NCBI GenBank assembly: GCA_013239625.1
Contig: MU053758.1
Location: forward strand, 1,240,001-1,304,000
Source: Lama guanicoe
Lineage: Eukaryota
Length of the DNA: 64,000 nt
Reading direction: 5' to 3'
The notes beneath the pieces were generated by a model. It worked only from the letters and a program-made list of their open reading frames with translations, did no database searches and was not told where the DNA came from. The translations under genes and the position numbers were made by a program. This document shows positions 24,880-37,899 of this stretch, piece after piece. Each line of letters starts with the position of its first letter. Position 1 is the stretch's first letter.

Positions 24880-27800
24880 TTTCCCATATATCCCAGACTA
24901 GGTGCTAGAGGAGCCACCAACCTAGAAACACCAATAGGTACAAGGGAATAAAAAACCCCAAACTCTATGAAACCCTGCTGTCTCTAACTAAAGGATCAGG
25001 AAGAGGGCAGCTTAGCAATACAGAAAACTTTTGAACAGTAGCCACTTTACTTACTACAGCCAAACACTACCAAAAAATCCCCCTAAACAGGACGAAACAA
25101 AAAACTGTGGCCTAATCCCCATATATGAGACCAAGTGGGGAGTTAAGATCCAGGCTTCCCAGACTGGTAGGAGGCAACTGACCCTTCCCCTCAACAACTC
25201 ACTCAATGAGGAAAGGCTAAATAAGGAGTCAAGACTTACATCCCCACTCAGGGCAGTCTCCTACTCCAGTGTTAGTGGAGATCACATGGAGAACCTGGAC
25301 TTCCACCTCTACTTAGCAAAGGAAGGGATGCCAACCTTTTCCTTGCCTGAAGTGTCAGAGGAAGACAGCTAAAACAGGAGGTTTAAATAAGATCTAGAGT
25401 ATCATAACATAATACTCAAAATGTACATATTTCAGTAGAAAATCACTCACATCAAGAACCAGGAAGTTCTCAAACTGAATGAAAAAAGAAAATCAATAGA
25501 TTCCAACACAGATGACAGGCATGTTAACACTATATGACAAAGATTGTAAAGCAGCCATGATAAAAATGCTTCAACAAACATGCTTGAAACAAATGGAAAA
25601 ATAGGAAGCCTCATCAAAGAAACAGAAAGTTTCAGTAAAGATATAGAAGACATGAACCAAATGGAAATTTTAGAACTGACAAAAATAATAACAGAAATTT
25701 AAGAATTCAGCGGATGTATTCAAGAGCAGTGAAAGAGAAATGACATCTTTTCAATAGGGGAAAAACAACTCGAATGGCAGTAGATTTCTTGTCAGGAACC
25801 ACGGAGGCCAGAAAAAAGTGGCATATTTTCCAAGTGCTGAAAGAAAATCACTATCAGCCCAGAATCCTATATCCAGTATAAACGTCCTTCAGGAATGAGG
25901 GAGAAATCAAGACATTCTCTAATAAAGAAAAACTAAGAATTCATTACCAGCAGATCTAACCTTTAAAAATGACTAAAGGATATTCTCAACATAAATAAAA
26001 CTACAAAAGAAAAGAAAAGAAACTTGGAACATCAGGAAGGAATTAAAAATATGATAAACAAAAATATACAAGTAAATTCAACAGGCTTGCTTTCTCTTCT
26101 TGAGTTACCTAAATTATGTTTGATGGCTAAGGCAAAAATTATAACACTGATGTGGCACTAAATGTATACAGAGGAAATATTTAAGACAATTATACTAAGT
26201 ATGCGGAGGATAAAGGGACATAAAGGGAGGTAAGATTTATATATTTCATTCTAACTGGCAAAATGACAACACTAATGGACTGTGACAAGAGATATATATG
26301 TGTGTGCATGTGTGTGTATAATGCAACAACTAGCATCTACTAAAATATGCTATACTCAAGACACTATAGATAAATCAAAATAGAATTCTAAAATATGTTC
26401 AAGAAACCTGGAGGAAGGCAGGAAAAAGAAAGCAATCAAACACAGAGAGAACAATCCTAAAACAAACAAACAAAAAGGCAGACCTAATCCATACCATATC
26501 AGTTTACATTAAGTGTCAGTGGTATAAATACACCAATTAAAAGACAGAGATTGGCAGAGTGAATGAAAAAAATATGACCTAACTACAATTGACCCTTGAA
26601 CAACATGGAAGATTGGTCCTAGGACTTGCCACTGATACCAAAATCCATGAATGCTGAAGTCACATAATAGGCCCTCCATGATATAGATCTGCGGTTCCAC
26701 ACCCATTGATTCAACCAATTATAGTATTTACTGAAAGAAATCCATGTATAAGTGTACCTACACAGTTCAAGACCATATTATTCAAGGGTCAACTGTATAT
26801 ACTTTCTACAAGAAATTCACTTCAAATATAACACTATAGACAGACTGAAAGTAAAAGATGGAAAAGGTACATCATGCAAACATCAAAAGAAAGTAGAGGT
26901 GGCTATATTAATATCATATAAAGTAAACTCCAAAGCAAAGAAAATTACCAGACACAGAAATGATTAAAGGGTCAGTTGACCAAGAAGACATAATTCTAAG
27001 CATGTATGTACCAGAGAACAGAGTTACAAGATGTGTGAATCAAAAACCAATATAAAAACACAAATTTGAAAAAATATATGCACCTCTATGTTCATTGCAG
27101 CATTATTTACAATAGCCAAGATATGGGGAAGTAACCTAAGTGCCCATCAGTAGATGTATGTATAAAGAAGATACGGTATACATATGCAATGTAATATTAG
27201 CCATAAAAAAGAATGAAAGCTTGCCATTTGCAACAACTTGGATGGACCTAGAGGGTATTATGTTAAGTAAAATAAGCAGACAGGGAAAGACAAATGCAGT
27301 ATGATTTCACTTATACGTGGAATCTAAAAAACAAAACAAATGAACAAAAATAACAAAACATAATGGGTCACAATACAGAGAAAAAAACAGATGTTTGCCA
27401 GTGGGGAGGGGAGTAGGGGGAGAAAAGAAACAGGTGAGGGATATTAAGAGGTACAAACTTCCAGTTACAAAATAAATGAGTCAAGGGTATGAAGTGTACA
27501 ATGTGGAGAATATAGTCAATAACTATATAAAGTCTTTGTATGGTGACAGATGATAACTAGATTTACCTTGGTGATTATTTTGAAATGTATAGAAATAGCA
27601 AATCAGTATGTTGTATCCCAGGAACTAACATGGGTCAATTACAGGTCAATTATATAATTGTAAGTCAATTATATAATGTAGGTCAATTATACTTCAAAAA
27701 ACAAAGTCATAGAAAAAGATCAGATTTGTGGTTACCAGAGGTGGGCTGTTGGGGGATGGGGGAATTGGATGAAGGTAGTCAAAAAGTACAAATTTTCAGT

Positions 27801-29480
27801 TATAAGATAAATAAGTACTAGGGATATAATGTACAACAGGATACATATAGTTAACACACTTCTGTATGCTATATATGAAACTTATTTAAAAAGTAAAATC
27901 CTAAGAGTTTTCATCACAAGGAAAGAAAATTTTTGCTACTTTTAAAATTTTGCATCTGTATGAGATGATGGTTGTTCACTAAACTTAGTGTAGTAATCAT
28001 TTCATGACATATGCAAGTCAGATCATTATGCTGTACACCTTAAACTTATACAGTGCTGTATGTCACTCATATCTCAATAAAACTGGAAGAAAAAAACAGA
28101 CAGGGAAAAAAACTTGATGTAATCGAAAGAAGGAATAGACAAATCCACAGTTAAATTGGAGACTTCAAAATGACTCTTTCTACAATTGATAGAATAACTA
28201 GACAGAAAATCGGCAAGTATACAGAAGAACTTAACAATATCATCAACCTAATCTAATTGACATTTATAGAACACTGTACTTGACAACAGCAGGATACACA
28301 TTCTTTTCAAGTGCCCACAAAACATATACCAAGATAGACCACATCCTGGGTCATAGAACAAAGTCAAAAGTTTTTGAAGAATTGAAGTCATATAAACTGT
28401 GTTCTCCAACCACAGTGGAATCAAACCAGAAAACAATAACAGAAAGGTAACAAGAAAATCTCCAAAACACTTGGAAACTAAACAACATATCCATGCAGCA
28501 AAAAGAAAGTCTCAAAGGAAGTTTTAAAAAATGCATTGAACTGTATCAAAATGTACAGGTTAAGCAGTGCTTGACAGAAAAGTTTATAGAAAAGAAGAAA
28601 TGGTCTAAATGACCTAATTACACCAATTAGAAGACAGAGATTGGCAGAGGGAGTCTATATGCTCATTGAACAAGAGTTTCACTTTAGATACAAGGGCATG
28701 AAGAGGTTGAGGTAAAAGGATAAAAAAGATATTCCACACAAATAGTAACTAGATGAAAGCTGGGGTGCCTATATTACTTTCAGACAAAGCAGATTTTAAT
28801 TTTTTTAAAGGTTACCAGAGACAAAGGAGATTATATATTGATAAAAGGTTTAACAATTACGAACATATATGCACCTATATATATGCATGTATATCAAATA
28901 TTCACTATACTATATACTCTTGTATATTATTCATTTATATGATATGATATATAGCATATATATTTATTCATATATATAATTTGTAGGAAATGAAGGGGAA
29001 AGAAGAACAAATTAAATGCTAACATGAAAAAAGCAATTGGTCAGATCCAGAGAGTGGGATACTCCTCTACAGAGCAGCTGATCTAGAAAGTCAACAGCAT
29101 GAAAGAAAAGGTGGGGGGACGGTTCCATATTAAAAGATCTTCAAGGAGAACAACAATCAAAAGAAAGATGTGGACTTTGGGAGCCGTGCAAACAAATCAA
29201 TCATGGAATACATTTGGGGGACAGTTATATACATGTGAATAAGGACTTAGTATGGGAACATATCAGGAATTATTGATGATTTTGCCAGTGTGATAATGGC
29301 TTTGTGATTATGTAAGAAAGTGTCCTTATTTTTTAAGAGATGTAGACCAAAATATTTGGAGGTAAAATATAATGTTCACAATTTTAAATACACCTGAAAA
29401 AACAAATGAAACGATATGGGAAAATGTCAACAATTGTTAAATCTGAGGGATTTTTTTGTATGCTTGAAAATTTTCATAAT
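24880..29480 (+). mobile_element. Nested decayed L1 cluster (5'UTR/ORF1/endonuclease fragments with a younger L1 3' end at ~27050-28095)
   Basis: agaatcctatatccag...tccttcaggaatgagggagaaatcaagacattct (ORF1); ccaattaaaagacagagattggcagag (EN); cacattcttttcaagtgccc; many stops. Confidence 0.85.
26586..26795. mobile_element. TcMar-Tigger MITE (Tigger2/MER8-type ends)
   Basis: TIRs caattgacccttgaacaac / tattattcaagggtcaactg with TA duplication on both sides. Confidence 0.85.
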
Positions 29481-29989
29481 ATAAGGTTTCAAAAGAAAAA
29501 GGTTGTCACTGAGGACAGCAACCAAGAAAACTCTCTGGCCCTGGTGATGTTCAAGAGCCACCTTGGAGAATGCCTTCAATCCCTGCCAACCCCTGCCAGC
29601 CCCACAGGCTTGATTCCCATCTAGATGAATATCACTTACTCTTCTCTTCTTTTTAAAAGGCAACCTGCTGTTCCTCCAGTCACAGCATCTATCCAAAATG
29701 CATGTCCACTGTTTTTTCACTGACCTGCAGCCCTGGGTTTCTCTGGTTGGTGTTGAACATGAGGCGTAGGAGAGCCTTGGATATGACCCTCCATTTCAGC
29801 CTGTGGTTGGAGTCCTCATCACCAAGCTAAAAGCTTTCATTGCTCTTTCTCACCCTTAACTCCATGATCAGGAATTGGCTCTGGGGCTGTACACCAGATG
29901 CTAACACAACATTGTAAATCAACTATACTTCAATAAAAAAAATTTTTAAAGAAAAGAAATTGGTTATTGGCTAAGTTTCATAAGCTTTT

Positions 29990-30147
29990 TTTTAAAAAAG
30001 TTTATTTATTTAATTAATTTTTTGGTGAGGGGAGGTAACTAGGATTATTTAATAGTTATTTACTCTTAAAGGACGTACTGGGAATTGAACCCAGGACCTC
30101 ATGCATGCGAAGCATTAGCTCTACCACTCGAGCTATACCATCCCCCC
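29990..30147 (-). mobile_element. tRNA-derived SINE (Vic-1-like)
   Basis: gggaattgaacccaggacctcatgcatgc...ctctaccactcgagctata; TSD ttcataagctttt at 29977-29989 and 30151-30163. Confidence 0.9.
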
Positions 30148-31759
30148 AGCTTCATAAGCTTTTGATACTCCTTTGGAATCTGTATGTCAATACTTCCCCA
30201 AGACCTAGGAAAAGGGGGCTCCACCTCTTGATGGATCAGAAAATAATTTCCACAGGGGTAAAATGAGGATGTGGGTTCTGTCCCTCGCAAGTCCTAGTCC
30301 ATCCCCACAGTTTTCACCTTGTTTCCTAATCATCTGATATTACTTTGGGATGAGCTGGATATACATCCTCCCACTATAGGAAAAGAATGTGCAACATCTT
30401 TTTCATTCTCTTACTCACAGTGATATGATTTGCTTATTATGACTGGGAAGCGATGTCTTAATCAATGTTCTCTTAGTAGTCTCAGACTCCCACTCCAAAC
30501 TAAAGAGAACTTGTTGTTAGCACATGGATATGGCTCAGGACAAAGAGAGGAAGTTCAGTAGGATCTTAAGAGGAACTGGAACCAGGAAGTTCTTTCTCAC
30601 TCTTGCTCTTGCTCTTGCTATCACTCACTCCCTCTCTCACACTTTATTCCTGTATCTCTTTGCACATCTTTTCTACTCCTGTATCCACAAACTGTATTCT
30701 CTGCATTTTTATATACTTGGCTGTCCTGTTGCACCACAGTTTACATAAACTATATCAAACTAACTAATGACTCTCAACCCCAATTCTTTCATGCAATCCT
30801 CTTCCAACCAGCTATGATAGAGTATGAGGCAGGGCAGGGTTACACTATATGAACATGACCTTCAATGTCTTACCCCAGGAGGGAGGAGGGTATAGGTAGA
30901 GTTGTCATAAAGGAGGAGTATATCCATTACATTGCACCAAAAGCACTACTATTCAACTATTCATTTAGCTGACTTGTAGATAATAATCCTATTAATAAGT
31001 TGCCTTACTCCATTATCTTGCCATTTCAAGACTGAAAAGAAAATTCCAGGGAACTATTCAACATCCTCAATTAAATAAAAGAAATCCGTTAGGAGAGAAT
31101 TGTGATCCAAGGATAAACAGGCCAGGATGAAGGGGAGATAGATAAGACAAAATTAAAAAGGCAACTAAAATCCAATAGTGGAATTTAAACTCTGAATGAA
31201 AGCTCTAAAGAGCACAACTGAACTGAGGGAAAACTGCGTAGTTCAAGACCATTCTGATTTCGTATTTGGACATGATTCAGCCACATATCTATGCCACAAT
31301 TTCTCCTTCATCACAGAAGGATACTTGCCATATAAAGACATAAGAATAGGCAGTTATGTTTTCTCAGACATTTCCTGAAGTAATTCCTGTGTCCCTTTTC
31401 CCTACTTGGAGGAACCATTAATAATTTACATATAAGTAACTCAAACAGGCTAGATTTTACTATGAGAAAATATTAGACTAGTGTTTAATCTAGTTTCCCA
31501 TCTTGAGCTCAATAGTTACTCTTATATCCAGCTATTTGGAAATCTGGCCATTATTAACTCTTCTAAAACAACATTTTAAGACCGCTATAACCATAAACAT
31601 TTACAAAAGCATTCATGCAAAGTGTAAGTATAGGTATTAACATTTTGGGTCACTCTCCCCTTAGAGATTAACCTCCCATCATCCCCAAGTTAATATTCCA
31701 TTGCTGAGATAAATTTGGAAATCTCTTTCTCAGAGTACAGAATACAAGTTTTAAAAGAT

Positions 31760-31900
31760 GGGGGGAGCATATAGCTCGAGAGGTAGAGCACATGCTTAGC
31801 ATGCATGAGGTCTGGGTTTCAGTCCCCAGTACTTCCTCCAAATATAAATAAATAAAAGAACAATTACCTCCCCCTCAGGAAAAAAAAAAAGGAAAAAAAA
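31760..31900 (+). mobile_element. tRNA-derived SINE (Vic-1-like)
   Basis: tatagctcgagaggtagagcacatgcttagcatgcatgaggtc; attacctcccc tail motif shared with other copies; poly(A). Confidence 0.88.
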
Positions 31901-34232
31901 ATGAAAACAAAGTAATACTGAAAGGAACAGAGGAAAGAGATCAAGTCAAAGAAATACAGATGTGACTGAAAAATAAATACTAACTGAATGAGAGATAATC
32001 AGAGACAAAATTAAATAAAACTTAGTAAAATGGGGGGATAAAAGGCCCCCCATTTATGAAGACTGAAAGATTTACAAGTTTCCATTCAAAATCAATGAAG
32101 AGTATTTACTTTAAATTTTTTATATTAACTCTGGGACCCCCAAGCCCACAGCCAGCCACCTTAGGACATGAGCCCATCCACCAGTGGGCTGGCACCAACT
32201 CCAAGACCCCTAGGATGCACAGTCAGTTGCACCAGGACACAGCCCCGCCTACCAGCATGCCCACAGTAGTCGGTGCCACTGCAAAAGAAGGCCCACACAG
32301 CCCATATAGGGGGTACCCCTGAAACCTATACTTCTGGTGACTAGAGGGGAGTGTGCTGCTGGGCCCCACAGAATGTCTTCTACATAAGGCCACTTCTCCA
32401 AATCCTGGAAATGTAACCAATCTACCTAATATATAGAAATAAACACAGAGAATTAGGCAAAATGATGAGACAGAGGAATATGTTTTAAACAAAGAAACAA
32501 GACAAAACCTGAGAAAAAGAACTAAGTGAAGTGGAGATAAGCAATCTACCCAATAAAGAGTTCAAGGTAATGATTATAAAGACGCTCAACAAACTTGGGA
32601 GAAGAATGGATAAACTCAGTGAGAATTTTAACAAAGATGTGGAAAATATAAAGAAGAACCAAACAGAGCTGAAGAATACAATAATTGAAATAAAAAACTG
32701 AACTAGAAGGAATTGACAGTAGATTAGATGATACAGAGGAATAGATCAGCTAGCTGGAAGAGAGTAATGGGAGTCACCCAAGTTGAACAGAAAAAAGAAA
32801 TAATTTTTTAAAATGAGGACAGTTTAAGAGACCAATGATACAACATATTAAAAAAAATGTCAAAAACATTAAACATGGTGGGGTGTGGTAAAAACGCAGG
32901 GTTGTTAGAATGCATTTGAACTTAAGAGATCATCAACTTAAAATAATTATATATATATAATGTATATGTATATGTATAAAATAATTATATATATATGTAT
33001 ATATATCATAGGCCACAAAACAATTCTCAATAATTTAAGAAGATTAAAATCATATCATATCAAGCATCTTTCCTGACCACAATGGCTTGAGACTAGAAAT
33101 CAATAAGAAAAAATCTATTAAAAAAACACAAACACATGGAGGCTAAACAATATGCTACTAAATAATCAATGGAGCACTGGAGAAATCAAAGAAGAAATTT
33201 TAAAATACCTGTAGACAAATGAAAATGGAAACACAACAATACAAAATCTATGGGACACAGCAAAAGCAGTTCTAAGAGGGAGAGTCATAGTGATACAAGC
33301 CTACCTCAGGAAATAAGAAAAAGACTCAAACAATCTAAGCTTACACCTAAAGGAGCTGGAAAAAGAAGAACAAACAAAACCCAAAGTTAGTAGAAGGAAA
33401 GAAATCATAAAGATCAGAGCAGAAATAAATGAAATAGAGACAAAAAATGGTAGAAAAGATTAATGAAACTAAGAGCAGATTCTTTGGAAAGATAAACAAA
33501 ACTGACAAACCTTTACCTAGGTTTATTAAGAAATGAATAGAGAGACCCCGAATAAATAAAATCAGAAGTGAAAGAGGAGAAGTTACAACCAACACCACAG
33601 AAATATAAAGAATCAAAAGAGACTACTACAAACAATTATACTCCCCCAAAATGGACAACCTAGAAGAAATGGATAAATTCCTAGAAATGAACAATCTCCC
33701 AAGACTGAATCAGGAAGAAATAGAAAATATGAACAGACCAATTACCAGTTATGAAATGCTATCAGTAGTAAAAATAAAAACAAAAATGAAAACAAAAACA
33801 AAAAAAGCCCCAAATCAGAAAACACTCAACAAACAAAAGTCCATGACCAGAAAACTTCATAGGTGAACTCTACCAAGCATTTAAAGAAAAATTAACACCT
33901 ATTCTTTTCAAACATGTCATTTTCATGACAAAAATTTGAAGAGAAAAGAATGCTTCTAAATTCATTCTACAAGGCCAGCATCACCCTGATACTATAATCA
34001 GACAAAGATACCACACACAAAAAAGAAGAGTTACAGGCCAATATCACTGATGAACACAGATACAAAAATCCTCAACAAAGTATTAGCAGCCTGAATTCAA
34101 TAATATGTTAAAAGGATCATGCACTTTGGTCAAGTGGGATTATCCGAGGAACACAAGGACGGTTCAGTATCTGCAAATCAATCGATGTGATATACCACAC
34201 TAAAACTTAAAGAATAAAAATCATAAGATCAT

Positions 34233-34379
34233 TTTTTTGTTTTGTTTTGTTTTGGCTTTTTTGGAGGGGTGGTAATTGGATTTATTTACTTATTTATTTA
34301 AATGGAGGTAGTGGGGATTGAGCCCAGGACCTCATGCATGCTAGGCATGCACTCTACCACTAAGCTATACCCTACCTCC
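34233..34379 (-). mobile_element. tRNA-derived SINE (Vic-1-like) inserted in L1 ORF2
   Basis: ggggattgagcccaggacctcatgcatgctaggcatgcactctaccactaagctatacc; TSD taagatcat at 34224-34232 and 34380-34388. Confidence 0.9.
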
Positions 34380-34855
34380 TAAGATCATCTTAATAGATGC
34401 AGGAAAACCTTTTCACAAAATTCAGCATCGGTTTATGATAAAAACTCTCAAAAGAGTGGGTATAGAGGGAACATACCTTAACACAAAAAGGCCATACGTG
34501 ACAACCAACATCATACTCAATGGTAAAAAACTGAAAGCATTTCCTTTAAGATCAGGAACAAGACAAGAATGCTCACACTTGCCACTTTCATTCAACATAG
34601 TATTGGAAGTCCTAGCCACAGCAGTTAGACAAGATAAGGTAATAAAAGGAATCCAAATTGGAAAGGAAGAAGTGAAATTGTCACTGTTTGCAGATAATAT
34701 GATATAATATAGAGAAAATCCTCAAGACTCCACTGAAAAACTGTTAGAACTGATAAACAATTTTAGTAAAGTTGTAGCATACAAAATTAATATACAGAAA
34801 TCTGTTGCATTTCTACACACTAACAATGAATTATCAGAAAGAAATTAAGAAAGTC

Positions 34856-34965
34856 TTTTTTAAAACTAAATATTTTTTTAATGAAGTTTAATGAAGTTAC
34901 TGGGTATTGAATTCAGGACCCTGTGCATGCTAAGTATGCACTCTACCACTGAGCTGTACCCTCCC
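34856..34965 (-). mobile_element. tRNA-derived SINE (Vic-1-like) inserted in L1 ORF2
   Basis: gggtattgaattcaggaccctgtgcatgctaagtatgcactctaccactgagctgtaccctccc. Confidence 0.87.
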
Positions 34966-36359
34966 GGCTAAAGAAATCTTATTTACAATTGCAATAAAAA
35001 TAATAAAATACCTAGGAATAAATATAATCAAGGATGTAAAAGACTCATACTTAGAAAACTATAAGACATTAATGAAAGAAATTGATGAAACAAATGGAAA
35101 GATATACCGTGCTCATGGATTGGAAAAATTAATATTGTTAAAATGAACACATTCCCCAAGGAAATCTACAGATTCAGTGCAATTCCTATCAAAATACCAA
35201 TGGCAGTTTTCACAGAAGTATAACAAGTAATTCTAAAATTTGTATGGAAATACAAAAGATCCTGGATAGCCAAAACAATCTTGAGAAAGAAGAAAAAAGC
35301 TGGAGGTATCATGCTCCCTGATTGCTAGCTATATTGCAAAGCTACAATAATCAAAACAGTATGGTACTGGCAGAAAACAGATCATAGATCAAGGGAACAG
35401 ACTTGAGAGCCCACAAATAAACTCACACTTTTATATGGTCAGTTAATATACAACAAAGGAGACAAGAATATACAATGGGGAAAAGACAGCCTCCTCAATA
35501 ATCATGTTGGGGAAATTGGACAGCTATATGCAAAAGAATCAAACTGCACTACATTCTCACACCATATACAAAAATAAACTTAAAATGAATTAAAAACTTA
35601 CATGTAACACCTGAAACCATAAAACTAGAAGAAAACAAGCAGTATGCTCTTTGACATCTGCCCTAGCAATATTTTTTTTTTTGGATATGTCTCCTCAGGC
35701 AAGAGAAACAAAAGCAAAAAATAAACAAATGGTACTACATCAGACTAAAAAGCTTTTGCACAGCAAAGGAAACTATCAACAAAAAAGGAAAACTACTGAA
35801 TAGAAGATACTTGCAAATGATATATTGGATAAGGGGTTAATACCCCAAATATACCAAGAACTCATACAACTCAACATCAATAAAACAAACAACCAAATTT
35901 TAAAATGGGCAGCGGATTTGAATAGACAGTTTTCCAAAGAAGACATACAAATAGCCAAGAGACATAAAAAGATGCTCAACATCACTAATTGTCAGAGAAA
36001 TGCAAATCGAAACCACAGTGAGATATTATCTCACACCTCTCAGAATGGCTTTCATCAAAAAGACAACAAACAACAAATGTTGGTGAGGATATGGAGAAAA
36101 AAGAACCCTGTGCACTGCTGATGATGTTCATTTGCTCAGCCGCTATGGAAATCAGTATGGAGGTTCCTCAAAAAATTCAAAATAGAACTTCCATATGATT
36201 TAGCAATTTCACTTCTGTGTATTTACTCAAAGAAAACAAAAACGCTAATTTGAAAAGATATATGCATTCCAATGTTCATTGCAGCTTTATTTACAATAGC
36301 CAAGATATGAAAGCAACCTAGGTGTCCATCGATAAATTAATGGATAAAGAAGATGCGAG

Positions 36360-36455
36360 ATATATATATATATATATATACATACATACATATACATATA
36401 TATGTGTATATATATGTGTATACACATATATATGTGTGTATATATATATATATAT
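36360..36455. repeat. (TA)n/(TG)n microsatellite inside L1 3'UTR
   Basis: Directly visible. Confidence 0.95.
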
Positions 36456-37555
36456 TACTCAGCCATTAAAAATGAAATCTTTCCGTTTCTGACAACTTAC
36501 ATAGATCTAGAGGGCATTATGCTAAATGAAATAAGTCAGACAGAGAAAGACAAATACTGCATATCTTACTTATATGTGGAAACTAAAAAATAAAACAAAC
36601 AAGCGCACAAAACTAAACAAAGCAAAAGCAGGCTCAGATAAAACAGATGTTTGCCAGAAAGAAGAGGGGTGAGGAGTGGAGAAAATGAGTAAAGAGGATT
36701 AAGAGGTACAAACCTCCAGATATATAGTAAACAGGTCACAGAGATGTAATACATTATATTGTAATAACTTTGGGGACAGATGGTTACTAGACTTATTATG
36801 GTGAACATTTCATAATGTATGCAAAAGTCAAATCATCATGTAGTACACCCAAAATTAACATAATATTATACATCAACTCTATTCCAATTAAAATTGTACA
36901 TTGGTTACAAAAATGATAATACAAGAATTTTCTTAATGTATAGAACTACAGAAGCAAAGAAGATAATAGAGCTAAAGGAAACAGACAATAAATTTCAACA
37001 GATTTTTGGAATATAGAAAGCAGATGGAGGAGTAGTACCTGATTAACCAAGATGGAGCAACAAACTAAAATGCAGCCACACCTGAAATGCCTGCAGACAG
37101 GATCAACAATAAGTGAACTGATTTACCATCAGAGAACCCTTAAGGGGCTCAGGACTAGGGAGCATCAGGCACAGTGGCAGGTAGACTTGAGGCATGTGCT
37201 GAAAATTGATGGATGGGTTAAAAGTCTGAAATCATGGGTATCAAGATGTCCACCACTACCTAAAAGAACAGAGCGTTATTCTCTGAAGAGAGTGAGAAGA
37301 ACAGACATGGGACTTGGGGATACCAAAGTTAGTAGCTAAGAGAGATAAGGCAAAGCTGAAAGCATAAAGTTTAACTGAAAGTTTAAAATTTAAAACTGGA
37401 CCCCCAATTTCTCTTCTTATATTCCACTCCTAGAATGCTGTCAACCAGGGAAAATTCTGGAAGTCTCCTTAGGACAACTGAATAATAGGAGAAAAGTCTT
37501 CTATATACTTCTCTCGGGGTTTAATATGAGGTTCCCAACCTAAAGAACCAGCTCA

Positions 37556-37758
37556 CAGGGATGTGGCAGTAAATGTTTAGCAACCAACAATCTGGGAGGA
37601 AGTGTGCCATTGTTTGTAGCATTTGTTGATTTCCCTGGTGTCAATATTCCCATGGACAATTTCAAGCTGCCAATATGATGTCGCTAAGTGCAGAGTGGAG
37701 GTATGTGTACCCATTCAGCTTTTGCAAGCTGAGGTAAGCCAGCTCCGGCACACCATTG
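37556..37758 (-). mobile_element. MER63A-like hAT MITE
   Basis: Reverse complement resembles both ends of the element at 45122-45553 (ccagctccggcacaccattg; aatttcaagctgcc; gtaaatgtttagcaacc). Confidence 0.75.
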
Positions 37759-37899
37759 CCAGATCCCCAACTTAATCATCCTTCCGTATCACCCTGAAAT
37801 GAAGCCCACTGATTGCTTAACCCCTTCCCCATGAACACACAAGAGCTTTTGTGTAAGCTTTTAGTGCCTTGCTCTTTTTTCAATTATTATTATTTTACA

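Larger units (their letters stand above)
32130..36895 (+). mobile_element. Internally deleted, inactive LINE-1 (part of 5'UTR/ORF1, most of ORF2, 3'UTR)
   Basis: ORF2 peptides MDNLEEMDKFLE-NLPRLNQEEIENMNRPI and [30 protein letters not shown]; frameshifts and stops; jump from ORF1 to ORF2 at ~32.85-33.0 kb. Confidence 0.95.
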
